Assembly: GCA_949358305.1 (NCBI GenBank)
Contig: OX442314.1
Span: 21,390,001-21,454,000 of the forward strand
Length of the DNA stretch: 64,000 nucleotides
Direction of reading: 5' to 3'
Source of the DNA: Strigamia acuminata
Taxonomy: Eukaryota
Part shown: one piece after another, positions 48,657-58,196 of the stretch
How positions within the stretch are numbered: the stretch's first letter is position 1
Layout: each line of letters begins with the position of its first letter
Notes under the pieces: model-generated
What the model was told of the DNA's origin: nothing
The model's database searches: none
The model's input: the letters and a program-made list of their open reading frames with translations, nothing else
Made by a program: the position numbers and the translations under genes

Positions 48657-51600
48657 TGTAATATTGTAATATAATGTGCGGCCACTAGAGGGCGGCATAA
48701 AGGGTTCGAGATTACTTTGAATGTAGGCTGAGTCCGAGAGGACATTCCGATGTTAGTTACGAATGAATAAACATTGCTATCCCAGGTGCTCTTGTGTATT
48801 TATGGGCATTTACAGACATTACATTGGCGACGAGTGAATCGTGGACGTGAGTGGATTGTATTTAGTGTGTGGACAGTGTACAAACAATTGTTTTGAGCCC
48901 GGGATCGTTGTTAGCGAGTGAGTCAGTGGAGCCAAGATGGCGTCGCCCGAGAAAATCGACGTGTCATTAGCAGGTGCGAGTACGGTGAAGCCGGTGTCGG
49001 CAGGATGGATGCAGGCGACGGGAGTTCAGCCATTTGATATGCACGGTGAGATGGCGACCCAAAGTCAACGTTGGACCCGTTGGTTGGGCCGATTGGAGAT
49101 TTTTCTGTCGGCGGCCGGGATTTCCGATGATGGACAGAAAATGGCGATGCTTCTTCACTATGTAGGTGAGGATGTGTACGGTGTTTATGAGGCGATGCCG
49201 ACAAAAGGCACGTCCTATAGTACAACAAAGGACATTTTGACAGCGTATTTCGCGCCGCAGAAAAATGAGGATTTTTGTATGTATTCGTTTCGCGCCAGCA
49301 AACAGGAGGCGTCCGAGACGGTGGATCAATTTTGTGCGCGATTGCGTGGACTTGCTGTGGGATGTGGGTTCACGGACCTAGATAAGGAGCTGAAAGCCCA
49401 AATAATTTTCGCGACGTCGATGTCGAAATTGCGGCGCCAAGCATTGCGTGCGACGAACTGGAAATTAAAAGAGTTACTGGATGCGGCGAGAAGCTATGAG
49501 AGCTCTGAGTGGCAGGCCAAACGAATGGAGGAATCCGGAGGATTTGAGCGGTCGTTGGACGTGAATGCGGTGAGAGGAGCCACTCCGAGGAGGGGAGATC
49601 GAGTACAGAGTGCGTTTAGAAAGGAGGGAGCGGCCCCGAAGCTGTGTTTCAATTGCGGGCGCGCTTGGCCGCATCGCGAGGGAATGCCATGTCCAGCTAA
49701 AACAATTAAGTGTCATGGGTGCGGGAAGTTGGGTCATTTTATTAGGTTTTGCCGAGTAAAGTCAGCCAGTAGCGAGCGGAAGGCGGTCGGAGCAGTGGAC
49801 AAGCCGGTTGGAGCAGTGGAGTGGGATGTGGAACTGGACGAGGAAGGAAACCCCATTTTTGGCATCACGGTTGGATCAATCGGGACTAAGCGGAAGATGC
49901 CACGTATGGAGTTGTTGATGGGCCGCTGTAGGATGAAGGTGATGTTCGGTGTCGATTCTGGGGCTCACGTGAATTTGTTGAGTCGGGAAGTGTTTAAATC
50001 AATTGTGCCGTTGCCAAAATTGAGAATGAGTTCGGCAAGATTAATGCCATATGGACAGACTAATCCTTTACCTTTATTAGGCGTGATGACAACATTTTTA
50101 GAGTATAGTGGGCTGAGGACGATGACGGAAGTGTACGTTGCGGACGTGGACGGTGACTCTTTGTTGAGCTGTGATACGGCGGAGGAGCTGGGATTAGTCA
50201 AGATGGTGCGGACTGTAGAAGAGGGAGGCATGAAGGAGGAAATTGTGGCTAAGTATCCCGAACTGTTTCGTGGAGTAGGTAAATCAAAAAATCACGTGGT
50301 TCATTTACATGTGGACGAAAGCGTGCCACCAGTGGCGCAGCGTTACCGCCCGATACCGTTTAGTTTGAGAGGTCGAGTAGAGCGGGAGTTAGATCGTATG
50401 GTTTCGGAAGGGATTATCGAAAAAGTTACTGAGGAGATGGGTCCGACGCCGTGGGTGTCGCCCATTCATTGCGTCCGAAAACCTAAGGACCCTGACCCTG
50501 ACGCCATCCGAATATGTATTGATGCGCGCGAGTTGAACTTTGCGATCCAGAGAGTGCGACATACGTCGCCGAGGTTAGAAGATTTGACCATACTGGCGGA
50601 AGATGCGACGGTCTTCACGAAGGTCGATATGGCGCACGGGTTCCACCAGTTCGAGTTGGACGTTGTCTCGAGGATTTTGACCACTTTTGCGACACACGTT
50701 GGACTTTATCGATTTTTGCGTTTGTTTTTTGGGCTAAATTGTGCGCCTGAGATTTTTCAGGATTTGGTGCGTCAAATTTTGGAGGGGTTGGCGCAGGTGT
50801 TGAACATCATGGATGACATTTTCGTGGTCGGTAAGAGAACAGCGGACCATGATGTGGCGGTATATGCAGTGTTGGATCGATTGATGGGAGAGGGCTTGAC
50901 ATTGAACGCGCAAAAGTGCGAATTTAGGAAGTCTGAATTAGTGTTTTTTGGACATGTCTTTTCAGCTCGAGGTATTTCGGCCGATCCAAGGAGAATTGAT
51001 GCGATCAGGGCGATGAAGACACCTTCCAGTGTTTCGGACGTTAAGAGTCTTCTGGGAATGGTCGTGTATTGCGGTCGTTTCATCCCGAGGTTGGCAGATT
51101 GGACGAAACCGTTGAGAGAATTGACGAAGAAGTCAAATAAGGAGTTTGAGTGGACCGAGTGGCATCAGAAGGCGTGGGACGGTATTATGACGGAATTAAG
51201 TGATGGAAAGGTCATGGCATATTATAGCCCGAGTGCACGGTTACACTTGACGGTAGACGCCAGCCCGATAGGTTTGGGAGCGATTTTGGCTCAAGAAAAG
51301 GAGAGGGAGGTGGTACGAGTGATCGCGTATGCGAGTCGATCGCTGTCGGATGTTGAAGCCCGTTACTCGCAAATTGAGCGAGAAATGCTGGCTGTGGTCT
51401 GGGCTATGGAGTTTTTTTATTTGTATTTATTTGACAATTTTTTTGTGCTGTTCACAGACCACCAACCATTAGTTAGCATTCTGAAGAACCGGAGGGCGCG
51501 ACCGTCTGTGCGGCTGGAGCGCTTGTGCGTGCGCGTACAACACTATAATTTTGAAGTACGTCATACGAAGGGTAGCACGAATCCAAGTGACTACCTGTCA

Positions 51601-53428
51601 CGGCATCCGTCACCAGGGGCAGGTGAGATTGAAGTAGCAGTAGTCGAGATGCTGGAAGAGCATGTGGATTTTGTCGTCCAGACTCGGATTCCGGCGACAA
51701 TGACGGTGGAGGAAGTTTTGCGCGAAACTGAGTCGGACGAGATATTGAAGAAGGTGCGTGCGGCTTTGGAGAGCATTGGCGAGGAGGCGCGAAAGCGCTG
51801 GGATGATGATCAGCTCCGCCCTTATGCGACGTTAAAAGAAGAGTTGTCCATTTCAAAGAGTGGGATAATTTTGCGGTCGGACCGGATTGTGATTCCCGGA
51901 AAATTACAAGCAAGAGTGGTGGAACTGGCTCATAGGGGACACCAGGGAGTGGTGAAGACCAAGTCGTTGCTTAGGCAAAAGATTTGGTTCCCTGGTATGG
52001 ATAAGCGAGTGGAGGAGAAGATTTCGAGGTGTTTGGCGTGCCAAGCTACGGTTCCGCAGGCGCGGAGGGATCCGCTGTTGATGACGGTGTTGCCAGCGGG
52101 ACCGTGGCAACAGCTGGCGGTTGATTTCGCGGGCCCTTTTCCTGATGGGGCGTTGCTGTTCGTTTTGATCGACGAGTTTTCGAGATTTCCGTTTGTGGAA
52201 ACTGTGGCTTCGACGGCGGCGTCAGTGGTGTGCCCAATTTTGGAGCGACGCTTCCTGGAGCAGGGGTTGCCGTGCTTGATTAAGTCAGATAATGGCCCCC
52301 CTTTCACGTCGCGGGAATTTACACATTTTTTGGCCGATTTTGGAGTGCAGCATCGCAGAGTCACCCCCCTATGGCCAGAAGCCAACGGGGAAGTTGAGCG
52401 ATTTATGCGGACAATAAACAAGACGGTGAGGGCGGCGAAGGTGGAGGGAAGGCCGTGGAAGCGCGAGTTGAGCGAATTTCTTTTGAACTACCGAGCCACT
52501 CCACACAGTACGACTGGGAAATCGCCGGCGGAACTTTTGCACGGGAGAGTGGTGAGAACACGTTTGCCAGCCATTTGGAGAGAAGCAGAGGAGCTGCAAG
52601 TGCGAGAGAGGGACTTGTTGGAAAAGGCTAAAATGAAACGATATGCGGATGAACATCGAAATGTGAGAGACCATGACCTGAAAATTGGGGATCGAGTTTT
52701 GGTAAGACAACCGAAGGTGAACAAATTTTCTGCGCTATTCGACCCCGTGCCGTTGGTGGTTTCCGGTGTAGCAGGGACTCAGGTCACAGCGGTGAGAGGG
52801 CGTCAAGTGTTAGTGCGAAATGCGTCCTGTTTCAAGCGGATTTGGGCGGAGGAGAGTGAGAAGGTTCATGGTGCGGTGGGTGGAGATCGTGTGGTGATGG
52901 GTCGAGGTCGTGGTGAGGAGGAGGAGTTGGAATTGGAGGGTGAGTTTGCGCGACCAGATGAAGATCGAGTGTTGGATGAGCGAGAGGAGGTTCGCGGACC
53001 CGAGATTCGGAGGCAGGATGAGGCGCAGGGATTGAATGAGGACCTGCAGAGAGAGGCCCAGAGACCTGAGGTTCGAGTACGAGAGGAGGTGCAAGAGCCA
53101 GTGGTGCCGATGGTGAGGAAGTCTGGACGGAAGACAGGCCCGCCAGATCGATACGGGGATTGGCAGACGTAATTCAGGAACTACCGGATTTGTTTTATTT
53201 TTGATTTTTTATTGTATGTGTTTTGTTGAATTGTTGTTGTTGTTTTGGAGAAGGGGAGGGGTGTAATATTGTAATATAATGTGCGGCCACTAGAGGGCGG
53301 CATAAAGGGTTCGAGATTACTTTGAATGTAGGCTGAGTCCGAGAGGACATTCCGATGTTAGTTACGAATGAATAAACATTGCTATCCCAGGTGCTCTTGT
53401 GTATTTATGGGCATTTACAGACATTACA
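48657..53428 (+). mobile_element. Full-length Ty3/Gypsy LTR retrotransposon (Mag-like)
   Basis: 167-bp TG..CA LTRs (48657-48823, 53262-53428), identical by eye. TSD TGTGT, PBS TGGCGACGAG (tRNA-Ser-like), PPT GGAGAAGGGGAGGGG. Confidence 0.97.
48937..53172 (+). CDS. Gag-Pol polyprotein (1411 aa)
   Basis: Two zinc knuckles (CFNCG..H..C, CHGCGKLGH..C), protease VDSGA, RT IMDD, RNase H VDAS, and integrase HHCC with DNGP/E, in PR-RT-RH-INT order. Confidence 0.97.
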   Translation: MASPEKIDVSLAGASTVKPVSAGWMQATGVQPFDMHGEMATQSQRWTRWLGRLEIFLSAAGISDDGQKMAMLLHYVGEDVYGVYEAMPTKGTSYSTTKDILTAYFAPQKNEDFCMYSFRASKQEASETVDQFCARLRGLAVGCGFTDLDKELKAQIIFATSMSKLRRQALRATNWKLKELLDAARSYESSEWQAKRMEESGGFERSLDVNAVRGATPRRGDRVQSAFRKEGAAPKLCFNCGRAWPHREGMPCPAKTIKCHGCGKLGHFIRFCRVKSASSERKAVGAVDKPVGAVEWDVELDEEGNPIFGITVGSIGTKRKMPRMELLMGRCRMKVMFGVDSGAHVNLLSREVFKSIVPLPKLRMSSARLMPYGQTNPLPLLGVMTTFLEYSGLRTMTEVYVADVDGDSLLSCDTAEELGLVKMVRTVEEGGMKEEIVAKYPELFRGVGKSKNHVVHLHVDESVPPVAQRYRPIPFSLRGRVERELDRMVSEGIIEKVTEEMGPTPWVSPIHCVRKPKDPDPDAIRICIDARELNFAIQRVRHTSPRLEDLTILAEDATVFTKVDMAHGFHQFELDVVSRILTTFATHVGLYRFLRLFFGLNCAPEIFQDLVRQILEGLAQVLNIMDDIFVVGKRTADHDVAVYAVLDRLMGEGLTLNAQKCEFRKSELVFFGHVFSARGISADPRRIDAIRAMKTPSSVSDVKSLLGMVVYCGRFIPRLADWTKPLRELTKKSNKEFEWTEWHQKAWDGIMTELSDGKVMAYYSPSARLHLTVDASPIGLGAILAQEKEREVVRVIAYASRSLSDVEARYSQIEREMLAVVWAMEFFYLYLFDNFFVLFTDHQPLVSILKNRRARPSVRLERLCVRVQHYNFEVRHTKGSTNPSDYLSRHPSPGAGEIEVAVVEMLEEHVDFVVQTRIPATMTVEEVLRETESDEILKKVRAALESIGEEARKRWDDDQLRPYATLKEELSISKSGIILRSDRIVIPGKLQARVVELAHRGHQGVVKTKSLLRQKIWFPGMDKRVEEKISRCLACQATVPQARRDPLLMTVLPAGPWQQLAVDFAGPFPDGALLFVLIDEFSRFPFVETVASTAASVVCPILERRFLEQGLPCLIKSDNGPPFTSREFTHFLADFGVQHRRVTPLWPEANGEVERFMRTINKTVRAAKVEGRPWKRELSEFLLNYRATPHSTTGKSPAELLHGRVVRTRLPAIWREAEELQVRERDLLEKAKMKRYADEHRNVRDHDLKIGDRVLVRQPKVNKFSALFDPVPLVVSGVAGTQVTAVRGRQVLVRNASCFKRIWAEESEKVHGAVGGDRVVMGRGRGEEEELELEGEFARPDEDRVLDEREEVRGPEIRRQDEAQGLNEDLQREAQRPEVRVREEVQEPVVPMVRKSGRKTGPPDRYGDWQT

Positions 53429-53669
53429 TGTGTGTTCTCCGTAGAGTATTTCACCATTTGCAGTGTTGACCACAATTTTTGGCGCATTTTTCAAATTTCC
53501 CAACTGCCCATGTTGCGACGACATGTGCCGTGACGCTCCAGAGTCCATGATCCAGGGTATATGCTGATACCGAGACGACTGTTGCAATGTACAACTTGTT
53601 GGCAGATTTTTTCGCATTTTTGTCCGCATTTTTCCATGTTTTTACACGCCAGTCCGCTCGTATGTGCAA

Positions 53670-53848
53670 CTGATCATCTGGTGTTATTCTTTCGTACGAC
53701 AAAAAATTAGAACCCAAAACTAAGCAGCAATTCAAATTCCAATTCTAATTCAACGATCAACGTGTACCGTCTCCAAAATTACAACCCACCACCGTACAAA
53801 CCTGAAGCACCTCCGCCTGACTATTTTGAACTGTTTCCAGACAAATAG
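53670..53848 (+). pseudogene. 3' half of an MTDEV/MTNEV-type PY gene
   Basis: Matches 44328-44507 (PPPYKPEAPPPDYFELFPDK). The 5' part is replaced by Copia sequence; internal stop/frameshift. Confidence 0.8.
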
Positions 53849-54134
53849 AAGATTTGTGATAACCATCCGTTGTCTTTGATGTACTCGTCTTGAAATTTAT
53901 TTTTGTAATTCATTTACTAGTATTAAGAACTCGATGATTGTAAATAATTATTTCTGATTTAGTGTTTGACATATGATAACAGGCTAAGATCAAAATTCCC
54001 ACCAGATTGTCAATTGCACCACAAAATGTTTGCACATGTTCGCAATACCTTTTTTTTGCGGAAAAACCAGAAAAACCGAAAAAACCCCGTGATTGTGATA
54101 ACAACTTAAAGCGCTTTAACCGTCGATTATTCCA

Positions 54135-54451
54135 ACTACAGTTCGCGCCCGGTATCTTGAAGCTAAATTCGTACTGCGCATCCCATTCTGCGCAGACGAT
54201 TTTCTAATTCCAGTTGTTATTTAGCAGTATTAAGCCTAAAATAAAGTAAATAAACAACAATAAACTCATCATTAAAAGTAATTTACACCATATGATCAAA
54301 ACAGTGTTGCTTATTTACTTTATTTTAGCATTATTAGGCCTAATAACAGGCTTAATACTGCTAAATAACAACCGGAATTAGAAAATCGTTTGCGCAGAAT
54401 GGGATGTGCAGTACGAATTTAGCAATCAAGGTACCGAGCGCAAACTGTAGT
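54135..54451. mobile_element. Palindromic MITE with ~100-bp inverted arms
   Basis: ACTACAGTTCGCGC..AGTATTAAGCCT against AGGCTTAATACT..GCGCAAACTGTAGT; not present at the paralogous site near 45705. Confidence 0.8.
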
Positions 54452-55424
54452 GCCACCTTATCAGGTTCGACTAAGAGCAAACACACCAAACCCTTCTGCA
54501 TCTCGTAGGTTAGTATTATTTGAATCTAACACTTTCGGTTCGTCATCTCAGACAGCATTAAACATAATCTACCAGCAATTTCTTTCTGGCGACAAATTAT
54601 TTCCCTCCTTTTTTGGCTCACTTACCCCCAAGAATGATTTAATTTGCCCCCGCTCAAAACCCCCCCAATTATACTATGTTACTCCCCTCACTTTAGATCT
54701 CCCTAATAAGTTTGTTCACCCGCAACTAATTTTCCCCCAATTATTATCCAACGTACCCCAAGTTTTTTCCAACGTACCCTAAGTTTTTCCAACATACTCC
54801 AACGTACCCAAACGTTCTCCAAACGAGAATTGGTGAGGTGTTGGTCAGTAGAAAGGAATGAAGAATCCGTTAATGTTATTCTTATCAAACTCGTGCGAAG
54901 GTAAGGTTGCGGTCGAACAGGATACAATCCAACTCAAACCAAGTTCGGATAGAATTGAGTCGAATTCGGATGGTCCCAAATCAATCAGATTTTTTTTGAA
55001 TCGGATTGGATAATCCAAAATTTTATCCATATATTCTGGATAGGATTGGGGGAAAAAATCGAAACTAATCCTTATAATCCGAAAATTTGTTGCTGTAAAT
55101 GAAATACTCCGTAGATTTTTTTTGAGATTTTGGTGTGAATGCCAAAGTGAGGGATTTAAAAGCACTTTATTTTAAAATCTTATGGTTTTTTTATTCACTT
55201 AATTCAACTATTTTTGGTCATTTCTGCGCTTAATTCATCAGTATTTGGTCATTTTTTCACTTAATTCATAAGTTTAAGACGTTTGGACATTTGGCACGCA
55301 ATCCTATCTGCAATCCGCACTTGGTTTAAATTGAATGAGGATAGGATTGGATGGGCAACCATTTTTTTACGGATAGGATTGGATAATTGGTTTATCCATC
55401 GGAAATTTTTTGGATTGGATCTGC

Positions 55425-55565
55425 CGGGCAGAGAGGGGCACTGGGCAGAGAGAGGCGCTGGGCAGAGAGTAACGCCAGATAGAAAGGGGCATCGGGCAGA
55501 GAGGAACGCCAGGTAGAAAGGGGCATCGGGCAGAGAGGGATACCGGGCAGAGAAGGGTGCCAGGC
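55425..55565. repeat. GGGCAGAGAG-type minisatellite
   Basis: Repeated GGGCAGAGAG(G) units at ~18-36 bp spacing. Confidence 0.75.
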
Positions 55566-55696
55566 GCCTCCTACAAAGTCTTCATGAGTGATTAGCTGAA
55601 CTGATAGGCACGTTCCTACACATTGTTGATAGTATGTAAAATCACAGGTCAGGGGGCACCACCCTGGGTGCCATTTTTTCCCTAAAGATGCTTTTT

Positions 55697-56860
55697 TAGG
55701 TCCGAAAATGCATTATTAGGTCCAAAAATGCATTATTAGGTCCAAAAATGCATTACAGAGGGTGAATACTCAAAAATGAAACACTTTAAATGTGGAATTG
55801 CTCGTGATTGGCACACCACATTTCAATTTTGTTTGTTTCATCATTTAATCTGAACATTAGTCTCGATTTACAAGAATGGACATAACTGTCAGTTCAAATA
55901 TGGCGCCATGTCATGGTGCAGAAGTGGATGTTATGGTCAAAATGGTTTCCAAGGAGGGTTACTCACAAAAACCGAAAAACAAATGCTTGAAAGTTGTTCG
56001 AGTGCCATCTAGCAGGTGAAAAGTGTGCAAATGTAGCAACATTTGATGATGCTTACATCTATCTTGACTACTGTAATGGTATTCGGAAAATTTGCTACGT
56101 TGTTCCTGGTAAAAATGTGCCAGAAGAGTGGCTTGTGAAAAGCTGGCCATGTGGCTTCATGGTGATTGGAGGTTAGACTGGCAGAAGACGATTTCCACTT
56201 ATCAGAATGCCAAAAAAAGTGAAAGGTAACTCAGTATACTACCGTGACTTCATACTAAAATCATATTTGGACAAAAGAAATTCCTTTCCTGTATCCAGAA
56301 GAGATGAACAAAGTGACCTCACATCATGACAAAGCTTCCTCACACACTGCCAAGCTCACCACAGTCTACCTTGAAAATCTGAAGGCTACAGTTAAGTTTA
56401 AATATTTTAGTTAAGAGGACATACCCACCAAATCATCAGACATCAGTCCCATGAACCTTTTTAGATTTGGTTTCTTAAAACAGCACCTGTTTCATCGAAA
56501 GACCAACACCATAGAAGGACTATGGAAAGTTGTTTGTGATGGATGGTCAACTCTTACACCTGAGAAATGCAGAGAAGTGTTCCAGTCTTGGAAACAAGAT
56601 GCAGGGCTGTTAGTGTACTCCATGGGAGACACATTGGACAAACTAAGACAATTCGCTGACGTGTATTAAAGGAAATAAATTAAAAATTGCAGTGTTTCAT
56701 ATTTGAGTATTCACCCTCTGTATTAGGTCCAAAAATGCATTATTAGGTCCAAAAATGCATTATTAGGTCCAAAAATGCATTATTAGGTCCAAAAATGCAT
56801 TATTAAGTCCAAAAATGCATTATTAGGTCCAAAAATGCATTATTAGGTCCAAAAATGCAT
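55697..56860. repeat. 20-bp minisatellite (TAGGTCCAAAAATGCATTAT)n split by a Tc1/mariner insertion
   Basis: About 3 units at 55697-55755 and about 7 units at 56721-56860. Confidence 0.9.
55756..56720 (+). mobile_element. Degraded Tc1/mariner transposon (965 bp)
   Basis: TIR CAGAGGGTGAATACTCAAA(A/T)ATGAAACACT with TA TSD. Transposase remnants HHDKASSHTAK and PTKSSDISPM are frameshifted. Confidence 0.85.
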
Positions 56861-57316
56861 TTTTTGATTCGAATTTATTTTTTACAAAAATGCTTACTGT
56901 AACTTCTTTTAAAGGGGGGGTGGGAGTGGGGCGCCAGCATGCCCAAAAAACACAAATACACTACAAGTATACCCTAGGCAGTGCTGGACTGGCCCGGAAG
57001 GCTACCGGGAATTTCCCGGTGGCCCGTGGCAACCCCACCGTAGCCTGACCCTGTGGCCCGACCCATTCAGATTTCCCGGTACTAAATTTGTACACAGTCC
57101 CAAAATAATTTTTTTTAAATTACGACAAGAGGTAAGGGGCTGATTTTTTTTAAGCCCAGGGCGCTGAAAAGTTTTAAGAAGGCCCTGGAGCCCACTAACT
57201 AAACTGAACACCATTACCATATTATTACCATTTCTAGATCAATATAACATTTGTACGTGTGGTAATTATAATTACAGCTATATTTTACTTATTACAGAGA
57301 GCACATTAGACATACG

Positions 57317-57555
57317 ATGCAAGAAAATCAAATCCTTTTTTACGTGATTGTGGCATGTGCAGTGGTGCTTGTCTGCTTTTTGGTAGCAGCAATGGTATTC
57401 TGTTGTTGTAACAACTCTAATTCAAATCCTATAGAAGATGTAGCACCTGTTGTCGACCCTGAAGAAAATGTTTTGATACGATCGGATTGAACCGCTCGCA
57501 GCTAGCGAACACTTAATTGGTTGAGAAACCACCGCCATCTTACGATAATTTAAAA
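57317..57555 (+). pseudogene. Paralog of the 46034 PY gene with a premature stop
   Basis: MQENQILFYVIVACAVVLVCFLVAAMVFCCC..RSD* (stop 57488-57490); the PPPSY codons lie downstream of the stop. Confidence 0.75.
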
Positions 57556-58196
57556 ATGTAAAAATCTGAACATACATAAATAATTAAATGTAAAATGTAA
57601 AAGTAAAAAAATGTCTTTTTTTTATTATAAATTTTCGTGCAATACCTTGTTCAATTTACGGTAAAATTTCAAAATTGAGTTCTGTACTCCGTATTATTGT
57701 ATTTTTGCGAATGGCCGAATAATAGGTGGGAGATTCGGGAAGATTTGGTAAGATTCAGTACCATTTTTTTTCCCAAAATTATACATTTTTTTCCAAATAT
57801 TTTTATAAAACAAAAAAAAGATCAAAATATTAACAAATATATTTTATTTCTCTTGAACACATGAAAGCCTATCTGGAGCGAGAAAATTCAAGTGAAAAAG
57901 ATTCAGAATCTTTTTGGGATTCAGAAGATTCTGTTCAGGAGATTCAGAAATAATCTCATGCAAATCAGCCCGGGATATTACGCGATATTGCGAGATCATA
58001 GCCAAATCTAAGATTCGGGATTCCATAATCATGAAGATTCAGAGGAATTCTGAAAGATTCAAAATTCCCGTGAGAAAGGTTCCGGCGATTGTCATACCCC
58101 GCGCAAATAAAACGTAACATGATATCACCTCTCATCACATCTCTGCTGTCCTTGCAATAAATGACATCTGGAAATTTTCTATTGTCGATAAACGAA

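Larger units (their letters stand above)
47830..53668 (-). mobile_element. Degraded Ty1/Copia fragment (protease to pre-integrase) interrupted by a MITE and a Gypsy element
   Basis: WIMDSGASRHM and VNTANGE right of the Gypsy; VYFVPGLDANLLSV, HLRLGHL and CESCLKGKQHQMPF left of it; in-frame stops present. Confidence 0.85.

Noticed and set aside
48923..53094. Many minus-strand ORFs within the Gypsy element
   Set aside because: Antisense shadows of a GC-rich long ORF; no independent motifs.
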